The notes under the pieces: model-generated | Told to the model about the DNA's origin: nothing | What the model saw: the letters and a program-made list of their open reading frames with translations, nothing else | The model's database searches: none | Translations under genes and position numbers: made by a program | Shown here: piece after piece, positions 1 to 8,300 of the stretch | Position numbering within the stretch: position 1 is the first letter of the stretch | Layout: each line of letters opens with the position of its first letter | From: a virus | Taxonomy: Duplodnaviria > Caudoviricetes | DNA: 64,000 nt | IMG/VR virus record: IMGVR_UViG_3300017971_000295 | Coordinates: 308-64,307 of that record | Strand: one strand, 5' to 3'

Positions 1-420
1 TTTAAACTCCCCGTTTTTTAAACGATACCAAACATCCGGCTTTAAAATCTTTCCGTCGATCTGCGCTGATTTGACGCAAACCGGAATAAATCTTTCTTTT
101 TTATAATCAAATTTCCACTCTGCAAGCGTAATCCAACATCCAACTTTGCCTTTTACAGTTGAATCAACTCCAATTGCTGCAGCGACATCACACCTATCTA
201 TTTTGCCGGTAGACTTGACCTCGCAAAATTCAGAGTCACACAAGTCGTAGTAAGACAGCACATCAAATGGGTTTTCACAAAAATGAAAACCTCTTTGGCA
301 CACCTTAACCGGTCCCTTGTGCTCGTAGGCTTTGCCCTCCTCGTACTGGAATCCATGACACGTCATATCTTTTTTAAATGCCTTGATTCCTTTTATGGTT
401 TTAGGTTTCTTGGTCGTCAT
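1..420 (-). CDS. Conserved phage early protein (KAFKKDMTCHGFQYEEGK...GFHFCENPFDVLSYY...IDGKILKPDVWYRLKNGEF), runs off the window edge
   Basis: Hand-translated open frame from ATG 420 with SD AAAGGAGG; missing from the ORF track because there is no stop in the window. Confidence 0.8.
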   Translation of the reverse strand, partial: MTTKKPKTIKGIKAFKKDMTCHGFQYEEGKAYEHKGPVKVCQRGFHFCENPFDVLSYYDLCDSEFCEVKSTGKIDRCDVAAAIGVDSTVKGKVGCWITLAEWKFDYKKERFIPVCVKSAQIDGKILKPDVWYRLKNGEFK

Positions 421-461
421 CGGTGGCCTCCTTTATGGTTTCTGTTTTTGATGTTAAGTCC

Positions 462-489
462 ATAATACACTACTGATTTTGTAAGTCAA
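462..489 (-). promoter_or_regulatory. Leftward sigma70-type promoter
   Basis: Minus strand TTGACT-16nt-TATTAT upstream of the ORF starting at 420. Confidence 0.6.
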
Positions 490-562
490 GCATTTTTTTA
501 CATAAAATAGAAAAAAAACTAACAAATAAATAAACAGTTGATTTAATTAAGAATAAAAACTC

Positions 563-591
563 TTGACAAACATACAACAATTTTTTACAAT
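563..591 (+). promoter_or_regulatory. Rightward sigma70-type promoter
   Basis: TTGACA (563-568)-17nt-TACAAT (586-591), 8 nt before ATG 600. Confidence 0.8.
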
Positions 592-599
592 GATATATC

Positions 600-794
600 A
601 TGTTAAAAGTGAATATCGAAAAAATAGAAAAAGAACGGCGTCGCCTAGGATGGACAAAAACAAAACTGGCACACGAGGCGGGTATAAGTAAGCAGGCCCT
701 TAATTATATATACTCGTCTGGCAGTTTGTCCAGGGTTGAGTTGATCGCCAAAGCTTTTGGCATTGAGCCAATACACCTCATTACAACTACGTGA
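600..794 (+). CDS. Cro/XRE-family HTH regulator
   Basis: 64 aa, RRRLGWTKTKLAHEAGISKQALNYI HTH pattern; first gene of the rightward operon. Confidence 0.85.
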   Translation: MLKVNIEKIEKERRRLGWTKTKLAHEAGISKQALNYIYSSGSLSRVELIAKAFGIEPIHLITTT

Positions 795-961
795 CCCACT
801 GTTTATGGTAGTCGTGCCACAACAAAGGAGTTATCATGGCTAACTGGGACAATTTTGTCGAGGCTGGATAGTGTTTTATCTGGCAGGTGTGATTTTAATC
901 TATTTGTTTGAGATCGGAATGATCATGTTGTCATTCTGGATTGCGGAAAGGTTTATGCCTG

Positions 962-1366
962 ATGAACCCATGCCTTAAATGCGATATACACTTATCCGGC
1001 GGCAGCAAAAACAACCCTGAGTGTGAGACCTGCCAAGGCCGCATTAATTATATCGCGGGATTTGGTCACAACAGAGTCGGATCTGTGCCAATCAGGTCAA
1101 CAAACTGTGGCCGCAAATTATCCAATGGATCCCACCAAACACACATTTTCAAAAACAATTTCCAACAAAAATATTCGAAAGAGGACCGAATAAAATATCT
1201 CGCAAGCCTGGGATTGATCTCAAAAAAAGCGAAAGAGATTAAATCAATCATGCATTGTTATAAATGTGGCCGGAAGCACTACGCAAAAGGGATGTGTAAA
1301 AGATGCTACCAGGCTGATTACATGAAAAGGCGACGCCGAGAAAGACGCGAGGGGGATAAAAAATGA
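962..1366 (+). CDS. Hypothetical protein with two Cys-rich (Zn-finger-like) regions
   Basis: CLKC...CETC and CYKC...H...GMCKRCY motifs. Confidence 0.6.
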   Translation: MNPCLKCDIHLSGGSKNNPECETCQGRINYIAGFGHNRVGSVPIRSTNCGRKLSNGSHQTHIFKNNFQQKYSKEDRIKYLASLGLISKKAKEIKSIMHCYKCGRKHYAKGMCKRCYQADYMKRRRRERREGDKK

Positions 1367-1477
1367 ACACACTTTTATTAATTACAGTATTTTTCCAATT
1401 TATAACGTCAGATCCATCATTTGAGTGATTAAGGCAACGTAAACAAAATTATACATTGTAAACCAAAGGGGGCCATT

Positions 1478-1750
1478 ATGTACGGTGAAAGCAACATACC
1501 ATGTCCATCCTGTTCACGCGGATTCGGCTGGCCTCTATTGAGACACACCGGCAACGTAGTTGTCAGGATTACAGTTGATACCGGGGACACAGAGACGATG
1601 GTTAGCGCCGTCCCAAAGTATATTTGTCCTGCGTGCAGGACAAAGTATTACGAACGTGATGGTAAAATTACCGATGATCCTGGTACGGGTCGGAGTGCAT
1701 GGCATAAAAAGGCTGACCCTGTTGAGATATGGGCGGCGCCGGGGGCTTAA
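1478..1750 (+). CDS. Zn-ribbon hypothetical protein
   Basis: CPSC and CPAC pairs; SD-like GGGGG upstream. Confidence 0.6.
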   Translation: MYGESNIPCPSCSRGFGWPLLRHTGNVVVRITVDTGDTETMVSAVPKYICPACRTKYYERDGKITDDPGTGRSAWHKKADPVEIWAAPGA

Positions 1751-1814
1751 TGTTCTACATTACCTTTGTAGCCCTAATCTACCTGTTTGTTTTCGGTATA
1801 ATTAAATTATCGTT

Positions 1815-2045
1815 TTGGGTTTGCGAGAGGTTTATACCATGAATCCATATTGGGGTAACTGGGGCCATTTAGCAGATGATACTGTTGTTGGTCCAATAGG
1901 ATCGTTAAAGAGAAAGTCAAAAAATCTCGGTGACGGTGGGTGGTGCGTAAAATGCTTAAAAAATAAATTTTATTCTTGGGTTGATGAAAACTTTTGTCCG
2001 GGTTGCAAGACAAAGTACCCCGAAACAACAAATAAGGACAAATAA
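1815..2045 (+). CDS. Zn-ribbon hypothetical protein (start probably ATG 1839)
   Basis: CVKC and CPGC pairs. Confidence 0.55.
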   Translation: MGLREVYTMNPYWGNWGHLADDTVVGPIGSLKRKSKNLGDGGWCVKCLKNKFYSWVDENFCPGCKTKYPETTNKDK

Positions 2046-2144
2046 GGAAACGATCTACCCGGACAATTACGGAGAAGTCAAAAACACGATGATCCAGGCT
2101 CTCGAAAACAGGCGGGATGCTATTGCCGAGGACTTAAAATATAG

Positions 2145-2172
2145 TTGACATTTTCTGAATAATATGTATAAT
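2145..2172 (+). promoter_or_regulatory. Strong sigma70-type promoter of the replication operon
   Basis: TTGACA-16nt-TATAAT. Confidence 0.8.
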
Positions 2173-2215
2173 GGTGGCATGCTGATAACGTCAAAAAATA
2201 AAAATTTCCAATATT

Positions 2216-2294
2216 CAAAAAGCTTTAGGAGTCTATCGGATGGTAACACCGATAGCGGGTTTGACGGCCTGTCAGCAGCTCCTAAGGCTTTTTG
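2216..2294 (+). ncRNA. C4/CI-like antisense RNA (three-way junction)
   Basis: 16-bp closing stem 2216-2231/2279-2294, hairpins 2233-2255 and 2256-2271; exposed TTTGACG and TCAGCA are complementary to CGTCAAA (2189-2195) and TGCTGA (2180-2185, 2371-2376). Confidence 0.75.
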
Positions 2295-2394
2295 TTTTTT
2301 GGAGGGCTGTTTTGATTGATGAAGCATTAAAAAACGGATGGAAAATCATGGCTAAAAATTACCACTTGTGTGCTGATTGTCATGGAGGTGCAAA

Positions 2395-2802
2395 ATGACA
2401 TTCAGAAAGATAGACACATGCATTTGGAGAAAGCCCTGGTTTGAACTTTTAAACCGTGATGAAAAGTTAGCCTTCATCTACCTTTGGACAAATGACTACT
2501 GTAACCAAGCTGGAATCTATGAAATCTCTACTAAAAGAATACAGTTTGATCTTGGATATGGTATTGATACGGTATCGGTAGCATTGAAAAACAGGGTTGA
2601 ATGGTATCCAGATAAGTCGATTGTATGGGTTAAAAATTTTTTTAAACATCAGTGCCAGAACGCTAAATTTGCTATCTCAGCAATAAATTGTATTAAAGGT
2701 GATCCTTTCAAATACGATATATTCATCGACCATAACATTAACATTTTAAAGAAGTACAAAAATGATCTGAATGGACACTTACCAGATACCATATGGGGTT
2801 GA
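2395..2802 (+). CDS. Phage replication initiator-like protein, N-terminal HTH domain only
   Basis: FRKIDTCIW...KLAFIYLWTN...AGIYEISTKRIQFDLGY resembles phage replisome-organiser N-termini; SD GGAGG at 2384. Confidence 0.65.
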   Translation: MTFRKIDTCIWRKPWFELLNRDEKLAFIYLWTNDYCNQAGIYEISTKRIQFDLGYGIDTVSVALKNRVEWYPDKSIVWVKNFFKHQCQNAKFAISAINCIKGDPFKYDIFIDHNINILKKYKNDLNGHLPDTIWG

Positions 2803-2911
2803 TACCGATACCAACTTATCTGATCTTATCTTATCTTATCTGTTTCAACCAAGAGATAAATAAGTATATTAGTAGTACTAACTAATAGAGAAAAATTCAC
2901 AGGGAAAAGGT

Positions 2912-4450
2912 ATGAAATTACGAGAATATCAATTATCCTTGGTTGAAGCTGTCAGGCACGAAGTAGCAAAAGGCAAAAAAAGAATCCTGATGGTTTTACC
3001 GACTGGTGGAGGCAAAAGTTTCATTATCGGTGATATAGCAAACAAAGCCATCGAGAAGGGAAACAAGGTTTTGGCCTTGATGCATCGGCGGCAGCTCGTA
3101 ACTCAGCTAACCGGATTTTTAGAAAAGTCGGGTGTTAGTCCAGCCATGATAATGTCGGGAGAAGAATCGGATTTAAGCAGCTATGCCCAGGTCGCTACAT
3201 GCCAAACATATCTCAGACGATTAAAATTACACCCGATAGAAGAAAATCATTGGTTTATTCCCGCCGAAGTCGTTTTTATCGATGAGGCTCACCACGCACT
3301 GTCAAAAACCTACCAGAAAATACTCAAGAATTACGAAGAAAAAATAGTTATAGGTGTTACGGCGACCCCTGTATTGTCATCCGGTGTTGGCATGGGAGAA
3401 TATTTTGATTCGCTGGTCTCTTTGACTACGGTTCAGGATTTGATCGATGAAGGCCATTTGGTTCCGTCAGAATGTTATGGTCCGAGTGAGCCGGATTTGT
3501 CAAAGTTGAAAACGGTTGCCGGGGATTATGAAAAGAAGGGCTTAGGAAAGTTGATGAACGAGCCTAAGATCATCGGCGATGTCGTGGATAATTGGTTTAA
3601 TATCGCCGGGGGCTTGCAAACGATGGTTTTTGCTGTGAACGTGAAGCACTCAAAAGCGCTGAGAGATGCATTTATTCGCCGTGGAGTGAGCGCTGAACAT
3701 TTGGATGCTCACGCAGATGACGAAACGAGGTCTGATGTTTTAAGGCGGTTTGATGATGGGGACACTCAAGTCGTTTCTAATGTTGGGTTGTATACTGAAG
3801 GCACGGATATTCCATCAATTGAGTGTATTGTTTTGGCGAGACCAACAAAGTCTATAGGGTTGCATCTGCAGATGATTGGTAGAGGTGCAAGGCCATATCC
3901 AGGGAAAGAAAAATTCATAATTTTGGATCATGGCGGAAATATCAACAGACTGGGATTTTACGAAGATGCAATTGAATGGACTCTGGACGGCAAGAAATTA
4001 GGCTATCGTCAGAAAGTTGTTCGGAAACTGGAGAAGAAAATCAGGGTTTGTCCTGAATGCACATTCCAGCACACAGGCCCGAAGTGCCCTCAGTGTGGCT
4101 ATACAATCCCAGATTGGGGCAAGATGATCAAAGCAGAGGAGGCTGAATTGATCAAATTGTCTCAACCGAAGGGAGATGCGACAATGGAGGATAAAAAACG
4201 CTTCTATGGAATGCTGATGTATTACCAAAGAGACAAGGGGTATTCTGAAGGATGGATAGCTCATAAATATAAAGCCAAGTTTAAATGCTGGCCTAAAATG
4301 ATGTCTAGTGTTGGCCCGATAAAGCCGGATTTAGCGTGTTTAAGGTGGCTTAAATACCAGAACATTAAATGGGCAAAATCGAAAAGAAAGGCTGAATTAG
4401 ACGAGAAACGAAAGACAGAACCTGCAAGCGTTCTCTTCGGTGTGGCGTGA
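2912..4450 (+). CDS. Superfamily 2 DEAH helicase with C-terminal Zn finger
   Basis: LPTGGGKS, IDEAHH, TAT, QMIGRGAR, CPEC/CPQC. Confidence 0.95.
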   Translation: MKLREYQLSLVEAVRHEVAKGKKRILMVLPTGGGKSFIIGDIANKAIEKGNKVLALMHRRQLVTQLTGFLEKSGVSPAMIMSGEESDLSSYAQVATCQTYLRRLKLHPIEENHWFIPAEVVFIDEAHHALSKTYQKILKNYEEKIVIGVTATPVLSSGVGMGEYFDSLVSLTTVQDLIDEGHLVPSECYGPSEPDLSKLKTVAGDYEKKGLGKLMNEPKIIGDVVDNWFNIAGGLQTMVFAVNVKHSKALRDAFIRRGVSAEHLDAHADDETRSDVLRRFDDGDTQVVSNVGLYTEGTDIPSIECIVLARPTKSIGLHLQMIGRGARPYPGKEKFIILDHGGNINRLGFYEDAIEWTLDGKKLGYRQKVVRKLEKKIRVCPECTFQHTGPKCPQCGYTIPDWGKMIKAEEAELIKLSQPKGDATMEDKKRFYGMLMYYQRDKGYSEGWIAHKYKAKFKCWPKMMSSVGPIKPDLACLRWLKYQNIKWAKSKRKAELDEKRKTEPASVLFGVA

Positions 4451-5382
4451 ATATAGACGCATTAAAATTAGAATGCAAGGGTAAATGGGAAGGAATTTTT
4501 AATCATTTTGGGATTGACGTTGGCAGGAGACACCAGCCATGCCCGTATTGCGGAGGGGAAGACCGCTTTAGGTTTGATAATAAATTTGGCGATGGTAATT
4601 ATTTCTGCAATCAATGCGGCGCTGGTGATGGATTATCTTTAATTCAAAAGTGTACTGGGATTCAGTTTCCCGATTTAATCAAGAGAGTATCCGGAGTTGT
4701 TGGAATGGTTGAAGAAAAAAAAGAGAACACGGTTGATGATATCGAAGCCAGAAGAAAGAACCTAAGAAGCCTCTGGTCTAAAAGCAAGAAATTAACCGGC
4801 AGCGATCCCGTCATGAATTATTTAATGTCGAGGAAAATAACGCTAACCCCTGATGACGTGATGTTTTGTCCTCAATGCTATGAATCTGAAACAAAAAAAG
4901 AAATCCCGGCCATGGTTGCGATATTTAAAAGCAAAGACGGACAGCCAATAGGAATGCACAGAACTTATTTGAATGGCCCTAAAAAAGCTGACATAAAAAA
5001 CCCTAAAAAAATGATGCCGCCTTTAGAAAACCAGGCAGGGGGGGCAGTTAGGTTACTCAGTCCTGGTGGAATGTTTGAAAAAGAAACTCTTGGGATAGCA
5101 GAGGGTATAGAGACAGCTCTATCTGCAGCTCAGATGTTTATGGTTGCAACCTGGGCATGTCTTTCAACAACGCTGCTTGAGAAGTTTGAACCCCCACCGA
5201 ATGTCAGGAAATTTGTTATATTTAGCGATAATGATGCTAATTACTCAGGTCAAAAGGCTGCGTACACATTAGCGCAAAGGCTGTATCAAAAGAATTTTAT
5301 AGTTGATGTCGTTTTACCAAACCTATCAGATTTTAACGATGAATTGAAAGAAGGAATGGCACGGCAAAACCACCAAATTTAA
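4447..5382 (+). CDS. DNA primase (Zn ribbon + TOPRIM)
   Basis: HQPCPYCGGEDRFRFD...CNQCGAGDG, AEGIETALS, SDND, DFND. Confidence 0.92.
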   Translation: MNIDALKLECKGKWEGIFNHFGIDVGRRHQPCPYCGGEDRFRFDNKFGDGNYFCNQCGAGDGLSLIQKCTGIQFPDLIKRVSGVVGMVEEKKENTVDDIEARRKNLRSLWSKSKKLTGSDPVMNYLMSRKITLTPDDVMFCPQCYESETKKEIPAMVAIFKSKDGQPIGMHRTYLNGPKKADIKNPKKMMPPLENQAGGAVRLLSPGGMFEKETLGIAEGIETALSAAQMFMVATWACLSTTLLEKFEPPPNVRKFVIFSDNDANYSGQKAAYTLAQRLYQKNFIVDVVLPNLSDFNDELKEGMARQNHQI

Positions 5383-5485
5383 CAACCTCGCAAAGGAGGA
5401 TTGAAATGCCCATAGGAATTAAATTAACACAAGAACATCTTGAAGATATTGCAAAAAACAAAAGAAACGGAGGTAGAAACGAGGC

Positions 5486-5725
5486 ATGGAACAACCAATA
5501 GAACAAATAGTATATGAAATGAGAAATTCAGGAAATACTCAGGCCGAGATAGCGTCTGAAATTGGTGTTAGTATAGCTGCTGTAAGTTTTTTTTTATCCG
5601 GAAAGATCAAGAGGATTGGTCAAAAAAAACAATTAAAAGTTATTCATAATCCATCCAGGGGGTTGATAAATTGGAACGGACATCAGAAATACATAAAAGT
5701 TACAGGTGTAAATTTGTTTGAATAA
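5486..5725 (+). CDS. Small HTH protein
   Basis: GNTQAEIASEIGVSIAAVSFFLSG. Confidence 0.7.
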   Translation: MEQPIEQIVYEMRNSGNTQAEIASEIGVSIAAVSFFLSGKIKRIGQKKQLKVIHNPSRGLINWNGHQKYIKVTGVNLFE

Positions 5726-5740
5726 AACGAAGGCGGAAAA

Positions 5741-5962
5741 ATGATACACGATGCATTTGTTGAAGTTACTTGTGATGGTTCTTTATGTTGGTGCAGTGAG
5801 TTAATTAACCTTGAATGGAAATACACTGACTACACTGGCAATAACGGGTATTACGATTCAAACGAAAATGACATTGAGGATAAATTGAGGGATTTGGGTT
5901 GGATTGTTGAGGGCGGTAAGCATTTTTGTTGTCAAGATTGTTATGATAACCAAGAACCTTAA
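5741..5962 (+). CDS. Small Zn-binding phage protein
   Basis: VTCD...GW...HFCCQDC pattern. Confidence 0.6.
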   Translation: MIHDAFVEVTCDGSLCWCSELINLEWKYTDYTGNNGYYDSNENDIEDKLRDLGWIVEGGKHFCCQDCYDNQEP

Positions 5963-5985
5963 ATAAATTAAAAGGAGAGGAAAAA

Positions 5986-6297
5986 ATGAAAAAGAATATC
6001 GTAAGAATAACGACACAAGACACTAAAAAGACATATGACTTACCGGGTGATGGTGTTCCGCAACTTTGGGAGGTTGAATTGTTCATTAGTGCAGTTTCAT
6101 CTTCTGGGTATGTTCGCAAGGATAAATATCAATATCCATCAAAAACGTTTTATTTTGAACGTAAAACATTGGAAAATATTGGTATGATTGGTGCGGAACC
6201 AAAAGAAAAACCAGTAAGAACTGCATATCTGACAACTGAAGATTTGTTGCTGGAGCTACTTGCAGAAATCGGCATTTATCCACAAGGGCCTACATAA
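5986..6297 (+). CDS. Hypothetical protein
   Basis: Strong SD AAGGAGAGG; in operon. Confidence 0.6.
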   Translation: MKKNIVRITTQDTKKTYDLPGDGVPQLWEVELFISAVSSSGYVRKDKYQYPSKTFYFERKTLENIGMIGAEPKEKPVRTAYLTTEDLLLELLAEIGIYPQGPT

Positions 6298-6473
6298 TGA
6301 CAAAAACACAAGCCCATAAACTGGGTTTTTGCACAGCAATAAAAAAGCGCAAGCCCGAATGTGCTGCTTGGTATAATGGGCGGTGTAATTGCATCCCGAT
6401 TGATGATAATGGTAAGCTATCGGAAGAAACTATTGAAAGATGGAAAAAGGATTACAGATTAAAGGGGAGATAA
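6297..6473 (+). CDS. Small Cys-containing hypothetical protein (58 aa)
   Basis: Hand-translated MTKTQAHKLGFCTA...; TAATG overlap with the previous stop. Confidence 0.5.
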   Translation: MTKTQAHKLGFCTAIKKRKPECAAWYNGRCNCIPIDDNGKLSEETIERWKKDYRLKGR

Positions 6474-6550
6474 ATCATACGGTCATTATAACAATGGCAG
6501 ACAACCATCCACTCAGAGATTTACTAAAAAAGCAGATAAAAAGCGGATAG

Positions 6551-6679
6551 GTGTTATTTCTTTGGTAATATCAAATATAACATATAAAAAATATTGGATT
6601 TTTTGTTGGTGTTATTTCTTTGGTAAAAGGTGTTATTTCTTTGGTAAAAAACCCCCAAAAAGTGTTATTTCTTTGGTAA
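6551..6679. repeat. Four identical 18-bp direct repeats GTGTTATTTCTTTGGTAA (iteron-like, probable replication origin)
   Basis: Copies at 6551, 6609, 6630 and 6662 in non-coding DNA, followed by an AT-rich tract around 6700-6750. Confidence 0.8.
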
Positions 6680-6834
6680 AAACCGTTTGAAAACGCATAA
6701 GATTTCAATAACTTATTTTTCTTAATAATATATTAAAGATATATTAAGAGAGACCGCCCTTTCCCTTCGGGCGGGCGCCTCTCTTTTGAAGATGAAAAAC
6801 CGAAACCGCCCCGTGAAAAAGGATAGGTAAGGGT

Positions 6835-7170
6835 ATGGCAGACAAAGCGTGGAAGCAATTTGAACGGAGGGTAGCGCGGTTTTTTGGGTGCAATGACCGC
6901 ACTCCGTTATCAGGCAGAAACAGCAAACACACTGCATCCGATACCTTGCATGAAATTTTATTTATTGAGTGTAAACAGCGCAAAAAATATGCTATTATCA
7001 GGTTGTGGGATGAGTGTAAGGAATTAATAAAGACAAATAGTTCCGATAAGGACAAAATACCTGTTGTTGCGGTTTCTGAAAAGGGTCGGAAGGGTTTTTG
7101 GATTTTGGTTCATTCAAGCGATTTAACAGCGGTGGCAAATCAAAGGATTAAGGCAAGAAAGGGGGGATAA
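6835..7170 (+). CDS. PD-(D/E)XK nuclease, probable Holliday junction resolvase
   Basis: FERRVA...SG...SD...FIECK motif order. Confidence 0.75.
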   Translation: MADKAWKQFERRVARFFGCNDRTPLSGRNSKHTASDTLHEILFIECKQRKKYAIIRLWDECKELIKTNSSDKDKIPVVAVSEKGRKGFWILVHSSDLTAVANQRIKARKGG

Positions 7171-7496
7171 TGAAAATATCAATGAGTTTTGGTAAAGTAA
7201 AGGTAAAGTTGCAATACAGCGGGCCATTGTTAATTTTGATATCGGGGTTAATCATAGTTGTTTGTGTAATATTAGGAGCAGGGAAGGAATATATAGAACA
7301 AAATATTGTTGAACCAACCCAAAAAGAGCAAATAATAGACGATTGGATATTGTACAATTACGATGGGCAGTGGTCACGGGTTCCAGCGAGAGAAATGGTC
7401 AAATTTTCTCCAGGTTTTGCGGCCAGTGATGAAAACTCTATATATGATGGCAATATTTATTATTATCGAGAGCATATTGATTATGTGAACGAATAA
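7170..7496 (+). CDS. Membrane-anchored hypothetical protein
   Basis: Single hydrophobic helix LLILISGLIIVVCVILG. Confidence 0.6.
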   Translation: MKISMSFGKVKVKLQYSGPLLILISGLIIVVCVILGAGKEYIEQNIVEPTQKEQIIDDWILYNYDGQWSRVPAREMVKFSPGFAASDENSIYDGNIYYYREHIDYVNE

Positions 7497-7508
7497 GGAG
7501 TCAGGGAA

Positions 7509-7742
7509 ATGAAAAAGTACGAAAAGAAGGTAAAAGCATGGGTTTATGGGGAGCCTTTTGAGGGTAAAGAGTGGGGGTACAAATTAAAGGCGCGTGGGGT
7601 TTCGGTATCAAGGGAAGACATGGACGAAATAAACGGTGGTGGCCCCTATGGAATGATCATGCAAAACCCCGATAATCCAAGTGATCGATGGTACGTAAAC
7701 CATAAATATTTTAAGGAAAATTATCAGGAGGTAAAGGAATGA
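7509..7742 (+). CDS. Conserved small phage protein
   Basis: GMIMQNPDNPSDRWYVNHKYFKENY motif. Confidence 0.65.
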   Translation: MKKYEKKVKAWVYGEPFEGKEWGYKLKARGVSVSREDMDEINGGGPYGMIMQNPDNPSDRWYVNHKYFKENYQEVKE

Positions 7743-8140
7743 AAAGGTTAATTATTTTAGTAATTATCAGTATGTTTATTGCGGTGCCGGCGATGGCACA
7801 AGATCAATTTGAATCACAAGTTATTTTAAAGGATTGGGGAGCAATGGAGTACAACACAGGAGACATAGCCCTCATTAGTGTGATAGAATGCCTATCTGTT
7901 CATAAGGAAGGATTGTCTCCCTGGCTATCTGCGGGGATAACGCAAGGATTGGAGAATGCAACGCCAGAAAGTAAAAAACTGATGAACAATTTGTTAGGAA
8001 TTCGTGGTGTAGTTGATATCAGGTTTGACAGCTATGCAATTGCAATCAAAAAAGCTCATAAATATTTTCTATGGCCTACTATGCAGGATGATATTTTTCG
8101 GGCTTTAGACATGTGGTATTCGGAGGCGAAAGGGGAATAA
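7739..8140 (+). CDS. Exported protein with signal peptide
   Basis: MKRLIILVIISMFIAVPAMA|QD. Confidence 0.7.
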   Translation: MKRLIILVIISMFIAVPAMAQDQFESQVILKDWGAMEYNTGDIALISVIECLSVHKEGLSPWLSAGITQGLENATPESKKLMNNLLGIRGVVDIRFDSYAIAIKKAHKYFLWPTMQDDIFRALDMWYSEAKGE

Positions 8141-8142
8141 AG

Positions 8143-8292
8143 ATGAAAATATTAGGGTTTTTGGCGGTTTCTGTTTTGCGGTTTTCAACATATCAGATCG
8201 CTATTAAGAAGGCCCACAGGCATTTTAGCTGGCCGGATATCTGGGAGCCGATTTTTAATGCAATGGATACCTGGTATTCTGAGGCGCAATAG
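8143..8292 (+). CDS. 49-aa diverged duplicate of the C-terminus of 7739..8140
   Basis: RFSTYQIAIKKAHRHFSWPDIWEPIFNAMDTWYSEA versus RFDSYAIAIKKAHKYFLWPTMQDDIFRALDMWYSEA. Confidence 0.6.
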   Translation: MKILGFLAVSVLRFSTYQIAIKKAHRHFSWPDIWEPIFNAMDTWYSEAQ

Positions 8293-8300
8293 CGTATAGC

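Noticed and set aside
283-465. 60-aa hydrophobic + strand ORF
   Set aside because: Antisense to the better-supported minus-strand gene starting at 420
836-979. SD-led 11-codon ORF that would continue into a hydrophobic frame after a one-base shift
   Set aside because: No slippery site evident; cannot separate pseudogene from sequencing error
2780-2890. Short GATACC and CTTAT repeats at the end of the initiator-like gene, possible frameshifted C-terminus
   Set aside because: Alternative frames close within about 35 codons; too little support for a frameshift or second origin
6551-6679. Possible mini-CRISPR array
   Set aside because: Repeats are only 18 bp with gaps of 40, 3 and 14 bp, and there are no cas genes; iterons fit better
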